This document shows, in pieces, positions 27,778-36,512 of a stretch of 64,000 nucleotides of DNA. The translations under genes and the position numbers were made by a program. The DNA comes from an uncultured bacterium (lineage in GTDB: Bacteria; Patescibacteriota; Patescibacteriia; Magasanikbacterales; GWA2-37-8): NCBI GenBank assembly GCA_937903605.1, contig CALCZC010000025.1, forward strand, positions 3,275 to 67,274, given 5' to 3'. Numbering within the stretch: the stretch's first letter is position 1; each line of letters starts with the position of its first letter. The notes under the pieces are model-generated. The model was given only the letters and a program-made list of their open reading frames with translations. It was not told the origin of the DNA and ran no database searches.

Positions 27778-28692
27778 TTATTTTCCTGTAAAAATACAAA
27801 CAACCGCTCCGGAAAAAACAATTTCGTTTTTCAATTCTTGCATCAATCCGGCCAGAGAAAGCAAAGAGTTATAAGAAGGTTTTTCGTTAGGAAAATAAGA
27901 ATGATAAATTTTTTCTGCTTCCAAAAGTTCGCTGTTTTTGATAATTAAAACTTTTCCTTGATTGTTTTTTATTAATTCGTTTATTTGCGGTTTTCTTCGG
28001 GCGATTTTGTCAACTATGGCTTTGGCCAAAGACGGGTCAGAAGGTAATGAATTTTCAGCAAACGGGTGACAGGAGGTTGTTTGAATCGGATATATTTTTG
28101 GTTTAAGATTTTTTTTGTTAAATCCAAGATAAAGACCTTGGGCGGCAGTACCCGAACTGGTAGGTATAAAAATAGCTTCCAAATTCGGAATTTGCGAAAG
28201 CTCTTCACTGAGTTCCTCATAACCCAAAAGAGAGGTATCATCCGTGCTTTGTCTCAGGTTCTTACCTTTGCCGTTTTTTTCAAATAAAAAAGCACTTTGA
28301 CGAGGATTGAGAGTTTGCCGAATTTTAATCTCCGGACTTATCCCTTTAAATAAGTTTTTAATTTTTTGCAACAATGGTAGATGAGTTACTTGCAATAAAC
28401 GAGCAAGTTTTTCTTTATCTATTTTGTAACCGATATATATTTTTAAATACAATTTATTTTGGGGATTTTTTTCATTATATTCTTTGATAAACAAAGCAGC
28501 GCTCAATGCGGCATTTCCTGAAGAAGAAATAACAAAATTTTTCCAACCGTTTTTTGCATAAAATTCAATCATTTTAGGTATAGATCTACCCTTGTGCGAG
28601 CCATAAGGGTGCAGATCTTCACGTTTGAAATATAAAGCCGGTAAACCCAGTTGTTTGGCCAAATTTTCAGCATTTATTAATGGAGTTTTCAT
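27778..28692 (-). CDS. PLP-dependent fold-type II enzyme (threonine synthase/cysteine synthase superfamily)
   Basis: KTPL, LYFKREDLHPYGSHKGR (PLP lysine), SSSGNAALS, IPTSSGT, VCIFTG. Confidence 0.85.
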   Translation of the reverse strand: MKTPLINAENLAKQLGLPALYFKREDLHPYGSHKGRSIPKMIEFYAKNGWKNFVISSSGNAALSAALFIKEYNEKNPQNKLYLKIYIGYKIDKEKLARLLQVTHLPLLQKIKNLFKGISPEIKIRQTLNPRQSAFLFEKNGKGKNLRQSTDDTSLLGYEELSEELSQIPNLEAIFIPTSSGTAAQGLYLGFNKKNLKPKIYPIQTTSCHPFAENSLPSDPSLAKAIVDKIARRKPQINELIKNNQGKVLIIKNSELLEAEKIYHSYFPNEKPSYNSLLSLAGLMQELKNEIVFSGAVVCIFTGK

Positions 28693-28737
28693 ATATAATA
28701 TCCAATATTTAATATTTATTATTTAAACCTCGGTCTA

Positions 28738-28766
28738 TTGCATTTTTTCTTAAAATCAGTTATAAT
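28738..28766 (+). promoter_or_regulatory. sigma70 promoter for the LysW-like gene
   Basis: TTGCAT-17 nt-TATAAT. Confidence 0.65.
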
Positions 28767-28804
28767 GTGTCCAGTCTAAAAGATTTTAATTTATCAAAAT
28801 AAAT

Positions 28805-28969
28805 ATGTTATTAATTTGTCCAGAATGTAAAAATGAAGTTGATCTTTCCACTTATCCGAATTTGGATGTTGAACATATTGTAGAATGTGATGTTTGCGGT
28901 ATTACTTTGCAAGTAAAATCTATTGCTGAAGGAAAAATTGAAGCTGAAGTGGTGGATGAAGGAAAATAA
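28805..28969 (+). CDS. LysW-like zinc-ribbon small protein (54 aa; not in ORF track)
   Basis: Manual translation MLLICPECKNEVDLSTYPNLDVEHIVECDVCGITLQVKSIAEGKIEAEVVDEGK; CPEC...IVECxxCG..L.V pattern and size match LysW. Confidence 0.8.
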   Translation: MLLICPECKNEVDLSTYPNLDVEHIVECDVCGITLQVKSIAEGKIEAEVVDEGK

Positions 28970-29041
28970 AAGTCCGTAAAGTCTCTAAAGTCTGTAAAGT
29001 CCATAAAGTCAAAATTGACGACTTTAAGGACTTGATGGGCA

Positions 29042-30415
29042 TTATGAACTTTCGACTAATCGGTCAATCATTCCTCTAAATCCGTGACTACCCAAGAAAA
29101 CTATTGCGTCTCCCGTGATAGTTTTTTGTTTTAAATAGCTTATTAATTCCTCGTCGTTTTCCAAATAAACAGTATTTTGGTGAGTTTGCGCAATAACAGA
29201 AGTAAGTTGCGACCCGTCCATAACTTTATCTTCTTCTCCTTCTTTTATTTTTATTTTTGTCAAACGCGGGATAATAACCTCGTCGGCATCTTTAAACGCA
29301 TCTTTGTATAAAGGTATTGCTTCTGTTTGCCTATTGCCGGAATTTGGCTCAAATACGGCATATATATTACCCGGATATACTTGTTTGAGGGTTAAAAGAA
29401 TAGATTTGGCTTTAGTCGGAGAATGGGCAATATCATCGTACACAGTAGCGCCACGTGGAGTTGTTCCGCGTTTTTCCAATCGTCTTTTTATTCCCGTAAA
29501 TTTTGATAAAGCGGAAATTATTTTTTCTATCGGTACACCAAGCTCACATGCCATGGCAAAAGCGGCGCAAATATTTTCTGCCATATAAATACCGAGCATC
29601 GGCGAGTTTATTGGATAAGTAGTTTTATTATGATTTATTTCAAAATGTAACCCGCTTTGATCTTGAACAATATTTCCATAAACATAATCACAGGTATTAT
29701 CTATGCCATATGATTTATAAAAAGGAATTTTAAGGGGTTTATTTTTTATTTTTTCTGAAATTAAAATAAGTCCGCTTTGAGGAATGCTACCGATTAATTT
29801 ATTAAAAGCTTCAAAATAACTTTGTTCAGTCGGATAAACGTCCAGATGATCCCAGATCGCATCAGTCAAAAGCAGATGGGTCGGAGCATAAGAAAAGAAC
29901 TTGGCTCTGTCATCCCAACGCGCGGTTTTGTATTCATCTCCTTCTACCACACTTATAATACTGCCTTCCGGTTCATCGGCGCTTACCCCAAGAGAATCGG
30001 ATAATCCGCCAAACATGTAAGTCGGTTTGAAACCCGCGTCTTTTAGGATGAAAGATAGTAATGCGGTGGTGCTAGTTTTACCGTAAGTGCCGGCACATAC
30101 AACAGAAGTTTTTTTGATAAGGTTTTTTGCAATAAGTTCCGGATAAGAAACAAAAGGAATTTTTTCATTTTGTACTTTTTGCCATTCCGGATTTTCACTT
30201 CCTGCCACGTTACCAACTACCACTAAATCAGGCGTTCCCATTTTTTCAGGATGCCAACCGGGATAAAAATTTATTTTGTGATCTTCTAAGTGTGTAGAAA
30301 CAGGCGGATAAAACCCAACATCGCTCCCGGTGACTTTCCAACCTTTTTGTTTCCAGAGTATGGCGAGTGAACTCATCCCGACTCCGCAAATACCGATAAA
30401 GTGGATGTGTTGCAT
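29042..30415 (-). CDS. Mur ligase, Mpl/MurC-like
   Basis: HIHFIGICGVGMSSLA, GSD..FYPPVS (Mpl-like), GTYGKTST, EGDEY, GIKRRLE, DDIAHSP. Confidence 0.85.
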   Translation of the reverse strand: MQHIHFIGICGVGMSSLAILWKQKGWKVTGSDVGFYPPVSTHLEDHKINFYPGWHPEKMGTPDLVVVGNVAGSENPEWQKVQNEKIPFVSYPELIAKNLIKKTSVVCAGTYGKTSTTALLSFILKDAGFKPTYMFGGLSDSLGVSADEPEGSIISVVEGDEYKTARWDDRAKFFSYAPTHLLLTDAIWDHLDVYPTEQSYFEAFNKLIGSIPQSGLILISEKIKNKPLKIPFYKSYGIDNTCDYVYGNIVQDQSGLHFEINHNKTTYPINSPMLGIYMAENICAAFAMACELGVPIEKIISALSKFTGIKRRLEKRGTTPRGATVYDDIAHSPTKAKSILLTLKQVYPGNIYAVFEPNSGNRQTEAIPLYKDAFKDADEVIIPRLTKIKIKEGEEDKVMDGSQLTSVIAQTHQNTVYLENDEELISYLKQKTITGDAIVFLGSHGFRGMIDRLVESS

Positions 30416-30418
30416 ATA

Positions 30419-31162
30419 TTATATCTTGATTTTTTTATCATTTTTGGCCAAGAAAGTTTTTGGAAAAAACTTTCTTGCTGTTTTTAGAGCCAAACCAAAC
30501 TTATCTTTTGTTGCGTATTGACCCGCATCAAAATGGGTTAAAAAAAGTTTTTTAACTTTTGACGATATTGCAACTTTACTTGCTTGCTCGGGAGAAGTAT
30601 GTCCCCACCTAAAATCTTTATCATTTGGTAATAAACCACATTCATGAATAAGAATGTCTGCATTTTGTGCCAATTTTATCTCATTTAAACATGGGGCTGT
30701 ATCGCAACAATAAACAACAACCTTATTGTTATCTTTTATTTTTATACCCAGAGTTGGAACAATATGTTTTAGCGCAGTCACTTCAAAATTAAATGGCAAA
30801 ATATAATTTCCGGGTTTTACCACCTTATATTTGATTGGAAATTTATAATTTTTTAACGGGACGGTGAATGGTTTAGAAATTATTTTTGTAATATTATCTT
30901 TGCTTACCTTACTGCAAATAATAGTTAATCCCCGTTTCAATCTCAAACCAGACAAACCATGAAGGCCACAAATATGGTCTATATGTGTATGTGAAATAAA
31001 AAGATAAACAGGTTTGTTTTTTATGATATAGTTTTTAACTTTATATAATCCGAAACCGGCGTCTAAAATAATATATTCTTTGGACGTTTCAACGAGTGTG
31101 CAAATAGTGCTGCCGTTTTTATTATCAAACCAACCATTGGTTCCTAAAAATGTTATTTCCAT
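30419..31162 (-). CDS. Metallo-beta-lactamase-fold hydrolase, RNase Z/BN-like
   Basis: MEITFLGT, SHTHIDH, DT.PC, ADILIHE, GHTS, LTHF. Confidence 0.85.
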   Translation of the reverse strand: MEITFLGTNGWFDNKNGSTICTLVETSKEYIILDAGFGLYKVKNYIIKNKPVYLFISHTHIDHICGLHGLSGLRLKRGLTIICSKVSKDNITKIISKPFTVPLKNYKFPIKYKVVKPGNYILPFNFEVTALKHIVPTLGIKIKDNNKVVVYCCDTAPCLNEIKLAQNADILIHECGLLPNDKDFRWGHTSPEQASKVAISSKVKKLFLTHFDAGQYATKDKFGLALKTARKFFPKTFLAKNDKKIKI

Positions 31163-31163
31163 A

Positions 31164-31820
31164 TTATTTTTTTTGTAAAATTTCTTTTAATTTTTCAATA
31201 TTATTTTGCCAAATTTTTCCATCAAACCATTCAAATCCCGCAAATTGTGTTTTATAAATTGCTTTTTCATTTTGAGCGCTTCCTAAATAAATATATTTTA
31301 AACCTTGTTCTTTCGCCCACATAATTGCTTTGGTCATCATGCCAATACCTAGATTATTTAGATTATTTTCCAAATTATAAAAAGGATAGGCATAATGCAA
31401 AATATCCGTATTTTGATAGCAGATGCAATAACCGACTGGATCATTATTATATTTATATTCCAATAATAAATTAAAATTATTATCATCACTTGTCAGGAGC
31501 TCTTTGATTTTGTTGGCGGAAAAAGTTTTTTCACCGAATTTTTTGGTGTAAAAATCAACTCCGAGTTTGTGAATATGCCAATCATAATCGGGGTGGGGAA
31601 GTACCACAGTATTTAATTTTACATCTTCGGTTTTGCGTAAAACCCTTTTATTTTCACTACTCAATTCGAATTTATCTAGATTTACACGTACACTCCTGGT
31701 TTGTGTCATTATGCCTTTTCCCAGACGTGTAAAAACAAAACCTTGTTCATACATGGTGTTTATATTATTTTCGGAAAAATCAGAAATAGTTTTTTCTTCC
31801 CAAGACAAGTAGCCGTCCAT
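31164..31820 (-). CDS. GNAT-fold protein resembling aminoacyl-tRNA-protein transferase (ATE/Bpt)
   Basis: SVRVNLDKFELSSENKRVLRK and YPFY...LGIGMM..AI.WAKEQGLKYIYLG...YK match the ATE_N/ATE_C pattern. Confidence 0.7.
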   Translation of the reverse strand: MDGYLSWEEKTISDFSENNINTMYEQGFVFTRLGKGIMTQTRSVRVNLDKFELSSENKRVLRKTEDVKLNTVVLPHPDYDWHIHKLGVDFYTKKFGEKTFSANKIKELLTSDDNNFNLLLEYKYNNDPVGYCICYQNTDILHYAYPFYNLENNLNNLGIGMMTKAIMWAKEQGLKYIYLGSAQNEKAIYKTQFAGFEWFDGKIWQNNIEKLKEILQKK

Positions 31821-31899
31821 ATTTTTTTAACCTCAATGGATAATTGATAAATTGAAAATTAATTTAAAATTGCAAAATTTAAAATTAAAAATTTTCGTT

Positions 31900-33033
31900 T
31901 TAGTTCATCGACAGCCAAATGGCGATAAGTACAAAAAAGAAATGGATAAGCCAAAAACGCATTACAATTCTTTCTTCACTCCAACCTTTAAATTCAAAAT
32001 GGTGGTGTAGGGGAGACATTTTGAAAAGTCGACGACCCAAAAAACGGCGAAAGAAAACTTGTAAAATTACAGAGATTGCTTCAATATAAAAAATAAATCC
32101 TAAAACTGGTAAAAGAATAGTTTTGTTGATAGCCATGACGTTTATTGCCAAAAGCGCACCAAGACCCAAGGTACCGACATCACCCATTTGGAATCTCGCC
32201 GGTTTTACATTGAAATAAGTATAAGCTATCAAAGCGCCCATAACCGTGGCGTTAAGCAAAGTGAAAGCTGCTCTACCCTCTATCCAGGAGATGGCGGTCA
32301 AACCGGCAAAAGTTATCAAAAGCGAACCTCCGGCTAAACCGTCCAAACCATCAGCTATATTTACGGCATTCGCGGTAAACATAACCAAAAATATTACCAA
32401 AGGAATTATCCACCAAGATAGAGACACAAAGCCGTCAAAAGGGATCCAGAGAGTATGCCACTGTGGTCCTAATTTAAAATAAATCCACCAAGCAGTGATA
32501 GCGCCAGCTAAAAATTGTAGCAAAAGTTTTTCGTGAACCAGTACGCCTTTTCCTGGGTGAGATCCTAAAACAGAGGTACTGCGTTGAAAGATAGTCCAAG
32601 GTAAAGTTAAAATATACCACAAACGCACGTACCATTTTTTATGGACGCGAATAAGGGTTAAAGTCATCGGTAAGGTACGGTTACGTCTTTTTTTACCAAA
32701 AATATTTAATAGGTCGTCGGCCGCGCCCAAAAAAGCGGAAATTCCCATTACCCCGATAGGAACATAAGTATAACTTCGCTCCCAATTAAAAAGTAAAGTA
32801 ATAGCGGTTACTACGATTATTACGAGTAAACCACCCATTATCGGTGTGCCGACTTTGAATAATCTTTCACCGCCTTTCAAAGTAAAATCATATTCAGCGC
32901 TACGAGTTATTTTAAATTTCAAAAGTAGACGCACCAAAATCGGCGCCAAAATAAAAGCACCCATTGCCGCTAAGATTGCATAAAGCAAAGCTTGTTGTAG
33001 GAGATTGGGAGAAAAAGGAAGAAAAGACATCAT
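31900..33033 (-). CDS. mraY: Phospho-N-acetylmuramoyl-pentapeptide transferase MraY family
   Basis: GTPIMGG, GAADD, NAVNIADGLDGLA, FNVKPARFQMGDVG, FKMSPLHHHFE. Confidence 0.9.
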   Translation of the reverse strand: MMSFLPFSPNLLQQALLYAILAAMGAFILAPILVRLLLKFKITRSAEYDFTLKGGERLFKVGTPIMGGLLVIIVVTAITLLFNWERSYTYVPIGVMGISAFLGAADDLLNIFGKKRRNRTLPMTLTLIRVHKKWYVRLWYILTLPWTIFQRSTSVLGSHPGKGVLVHEKLLLQFLAGAITAWWIYFKLGPQWHTLWIPFDGFVSLSWWIIPLVIFLVMFTANAVNIADGLDGLAGGSLLITFAGLTAISWIEGRAAFTLLNATVMGALIAYTYFNVKPARFQMGDVGTLGLGALLAINVMAINKTILLPVLGFIFYIEAISVILQVFFRRFLGRRLFKMSPLHHHFEFKGWSEERIVMRFWLIHFFFVLIAIWLSMN

Positions 33034-33080
33034 AATTAGTATACAGTATTTAGTATTAAGTATTTAAAATTGGATAAGAC

Positions 33081-33887
33081 CTAGAATTTAATACGACGGA
33101 CTTCAAAAACTTTGGCGTTTTTGGCCTCAAGATATGTCTCATTATTTTCATTAATTGTACCAAATTCCACCCATTCTTGATTTAGTAACGGTTTATCAGG
33201 TTTGGTGATACGAATTTCTCCGCGGGCTACACCATGATCATATTGACCCTCCATACTCCAAGCACGAGCATGTACATACTTTATGGTTTGACCATTATTA
33301 TCAGTTATCAATATTATGTGGTTACGGTTTTTTTGCGGACCGGTTTCTATCATAATCATCAGATCGCCCGGGGCAATATCTTTTATCGCTTCTATTTTTT
33401 TTGTGTTTTTATCGGAAGCGTAATGTTTGACCGACATATTTTCTATTGGTCGCAACCAACTTATAAAATAGCGAACGGAATTTTTTATCGGGACAAAGAA
33501 AAATTTGTTGACAATATCTATTTTTCTAGTTTCTTTGAAATGTTCACGTAATACATGAGAAACAAAACCCGAGCAATCTATACCCAAACCATTATCAACT
33601 AAAAATTTTTTTATACATTTGGCTGGAGGGTTGATACTATCATAATCTGGCAAGTTGGTGATCAAGCACTTTCCTTCGCAGTCAAAAATACCATGATGAT
33701 ATTGAATAGAAATTATTTTGGCTTCCTCTACTATTTCTTGTGGTAACCCCTTACCGATAAGCGCGCGCAATTGTGCTCGCTGTTTGGAGCGAGAATTTAT
33801 AAAATAAGGACAACGTACTCCCGGCACTTCTAAAAACGGCAGGTTCAAATATTCTTCAATAAGTTGTTCAGCTTTGGGAGAAAGCAT
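33081..33887 (-). CDS. NlpC/P60-like (papain-fold) protein
   Basis: GIDCSGFV catalytic-Cys motif, PGDL, downstream HI and HA. Confidence 0.65.
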   Translation of the reverse strand: MLSPKAEQLIEEYLNLPFLEVPGVRCPYFINSRSKQRAQLRALIGKGLPQEIVEEAKIISIQYHHGIFDCEGKCLITNLPDYDSINPPAKCIKKFLVDNGLGIDCSGFVSHVLREHFKETRKIDIVNKFFFVPIKNSVRYFISWLRPIENMSVKHYASDKNTKKIEAIKDIAPGDLMIMIETGPQKNRNHIILITDNNGQTIKYVHARAWSMEGQYDHGVARGEIRITKPDKPLLNQEWVEFGTINENNETYLEAKNAKVFEVRRIKF

Positions 33888-33900
33888 ATTTTGACAATTT

Positions 33901-35133
33901 TCAATTTTTATTTTTTAAAAAAGTTAATATTGTTTTTCCTAAACTATTTAGTTGCTTCGGGTTTTTCATTATACCGTTTAAGCTTTGGATACGGAGTAAA
34001 TCAGCTCCTAGTTTTGTGTTTTTATATTTTATAAAATTAAAATATTTGTTTTTTTTCGGAGTTTTTATTTCAGCTGTTTTTTTAGTAACACGTTGAATAA
34101 TTTGCGCTCCTCTATCTATCTTTATCAATTGATATTTGTTTTTTATTTCTAATAAAGACCCAAGATGTGCTTCAAAAGTAGTAAGGCCTTCATTTAAACC
34201 ATTTTTTTGTTGTAATTGTGATTCAAAAGTTGTACTGGCCGGTTGTCGGGCGTTGATTTCTATCAGATATAATTTTCCAGTTTTTATCTCAAGTACTGTA
34301 TCAATACCATACAATCCTTTCCAACCAGCTTTGGCCATGCGGATTCCAACTTCACCGGCGATTTTTATATACTGATTGAATTGTTCTTCAGTTAAACCAA
34401 CATGAGGTGCTGCCCAATCATTACCTATGGTGGCAAAGGGATTGTCGGTAAAAGGTTTTAAACCGGTAATTTGAAAATTAATGTTTCCAAGCATTATTTT
34501 ATCGTTCCAAACACAATTGTTGTTAGTAAAAAAAGGCCCTTCTATATAGTCGCTAATTCTGATTTCACGATTAGGAAATATTTTTTTGATTTTATTCAAT
34601 TGTTTGACGGAAGTGATAAGAAAAGTGCCGCTTCCGGTATGAGCACGATTGTATTGTAAAATAAACTTTTTACCAGACCATTTTAAATTTTTTCCTAAAA
34701 CTATTTTTGTATTGGGTAAATATTTTTTTAGCGGCCCTAAAAAGTTTACCTGACTAATTTTTTCTTCAATTTGTGAAGCCAGAGAAGCTTTTGGGTTCAA
34801 GAGTTTCCACTTATTGTCGGAACAAATTTTTTCTATAACTTCGGTATTTTTAAAAACCACGATAAAATCTTTTTTGGTAATGATTTTTTTTACTTTCTGG
34901 TGGTTGAGCAATTCGTGAGTGTCAAGAGCTACTTTATTTTTTATTATTTTTATATTCGAATATTTTTTACTAATTTTAGCGGCGAGAGGGGATTGATTGG
35001 TAATAATAAAAAAATTCGGGATATTGGAATCCAAACCACCTATAGCTCTTTCTAAATCACGACAAACATAAAAAATACGGCCGGATTTTATCGCTTTTTT
35101 TACGGCTTTTTTATACTCAGTTGCAGAGTCCAT
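33901..35133 (-). CDS. ATP-grasp domain ligase
   Basis: IEEKI, HTGSGTF, YIEG, GLYGID, LYLIEINAR. Confidence 0.85.
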   Translation of the reverse strand: MDSATEYKKAVKKAIKSGRIFYVCRDLERAIGGLDSNIPNFFIITNQSPLAAKISKKYSNIKIIKNKVALDTHELLNHQKVKKIITKKDFIVVFKNTEVIEKICSDNKWKLLNPKASLASQIEEKISQVNFLGPLKKYLPNTKIVLGKNLKWSGKKFILQYNRAHTGSGTFLITSVKQLNKIKKIFPNREIRISDYIEGPFFTNNNCVWNDKIMLGNINFQITGLKPFTDNPFATIGNDWAAPHVGLTEEQFNQYIKIAGEVGIRMAKAGWKGLYGIDTVLEIKTGKLYLIEINARQPASTTFESQLQQKNGLNEGLTTFEAHLGSLLEIKNKYQLIKIDRGAQIIQRVTKKTAEIKTPKKNKYFNFIKYKNTKLGADLLRIQSLNGIMKNPKQLNSLGKTILTFLKNKN

Positions 35134-35185
35134 AGTTTTCTTTTATAATGAATATATTACGCTAAATTTGAAAAAAATTCAAGTT

Positions 35186-36127
35186 ATGAACGAATTATAT
35201 AAAAAATTGAAATATTTTGGCTCAGTTAAGGCAAATATGCCTTTATCTCGGTTTTCTACCTTCAAAATAGGCGGACCAGCCGAATTTTTGGTTGAAATTA
35301 AAGAAAATTCCAAGCTAATACAGTTATTAGACTTTTTAAATGAACAAGGTCTAGATTTTTTTGTTTTAGGCAGTGGCTCAAATGTTTTATTTCCGGACGA
35401 AGGTTTACATAAAATAGTTATAAAAATTAATACTTCAAACACCCAAGTAACGAAAAATATTATAGAAATTGATTCCGGGGTTTTGCTTTCTACCCTAGTT
35501 AATTTAGCGGTAAAAAATGGATTAAGTGGTTTAGAGTGGGCAGCAGGGATTCCTGGAACCGTAGGAGGAGCAATAAGGGGAAATGCCGGAGCAATGGGGG
35601 AAAGTATGGGACAATGTATACAAGAGGTGTCGGTTTGGCAAGATGGTCAGGTATCATTGTTTGGTAAAGAAGATTGTCGGTTTGCTTATCGAGAGAGTTT
35701 TTTCAAAAATAACCCGCAAACAGTCATTTTGAAAGCCAAAATAAAACTACCAAAAGGAGAAAAAGCAGAAATTTTAGAAAAAATTTCTCGAAATTTGTCA
35801 AATCGAAAGAAAAATTCTACTTTACCATCAGCGGGTAGTTTTTTTAAAAATATCCGTTTGGAAGATTGGCCGGGAAAAAAGGATAGTTTACCTGAATTAT
35901 TTAAATCTCGCGGGACTATTCCGGCTGGTTGGTTGATAGAAAATTGCGGTTTGAAGGGTTTTAAGATAGGTGATGCTGGAGTTTCGCAAGAACACGGAAA
36001 TTTTTTGGTAAATTTTGGATCAGCTACCGCCGATCAGGTTTTACAAGTGGTTGAAGAAATTCAAAAAAAGGTATATAATGAATATGGAGTGGGCTTGGAA
36101 CCCGAGGTCCAAATCGAGGTTTCCTGA
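35186..36127 (+). CDS. murB: UDP-N-acetylenolpyruvoylglucosamine reductase
   Basis: TFKIGGPA, LGSGSNVL, GIPGTVGGAIRGNAGA, PSAGSFFKN, HGNFLVN, LEPEV. Confidence 0.95.
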   Translation: MNELYKKLKYFGSVKANMPLSRFSTFKIGGPAEFLVEIKENSKLIQLLDFLNEQGLDFFVLGSGSNVLFPDEGLHKIVIKINTSNTQVTKNIIEIDSGVLLSTLVNLAVKNGLSGLEWAAGIPGTVGGAIRGNAGAMGESMGQCIQEVSVWQDGQVSLFGKEDCRFAYRESFFKNNPQTVILKAKIKLPKGEKAEILEKISRNLSNRKKNSTLPSAGSFFKNIRLEDWPGKKDSLPELFKSRGTIPAGWLIENCGLKGFKIGDAGVSQEHGNFLVNFGSATADQVLQVVEEIQKKVYNEYGVGLEPEVQIEVS

Positions 36128-36149
36128 ATAATTAAATAATTTTAAATAT

Positions 36150-36506
36150 ATGCAAGTCATCATCTCCGGTAAAGGTATAGACTTAACTGAAGCTATAAAA
36201 GATTATACGGAAAAAAAGATTTCTTCACTTGAGAAGTTTTACGACAATATTCTACGGGCCGAAGTAGTGGTAGGACTTGAAACCAGACATCATTTGAAAG
36301 GTAAAAATTTTGTTTGTGAATGTAAATTGATTGTTCCTGGAAATGATTTGTTTGCCACCAAAGAAGAAGCCAATTTATATAAAGCCATTGATAAAGTCCG
36401 TGATTACTTGGAAGGAGAATTAAAAAAACACAAAGTTAAGGAACGTGAAAAAGAAAAAAAATTAAAAAGAAAAGTTCGTGAAAGTAAAGAATATAAAGCA
36501 GAATAA
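36150..36506 (+). CDS. hpf: Ribosome hibernation factor HPF/RaiA
   Basis: ISGKGIDLTEAIKDY.EKKI..LEK...LYKAID. Confidence 0.9.
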   Translation: MQVIISGKGIDLTEAIKDYTEKKISSLEKFYDNILRAEVVVGLETRHHLKGKNFVCECKLIVPGNDLFATKEEANLYKAIDKVRDYLEGELKKHKVKEREKEKKLKRKVRESKEYKAE

Positions 36507-36512
36507 TAAATT

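Noticed and set aside
27778-28969. Canonical LysW-dependent lysine/arginine biosynthesis
   Set aside because: The carrier lacks the EDWGE terminus, and no kinase, reductase, aminotransferase or LysK-type peptidase of that pathway is present in the window.
28970-29040. CRISPR array in the short intergenic repeats
   Set aside because: Units are 7-9 nt, tandem and without unique spacers; no cas genes.
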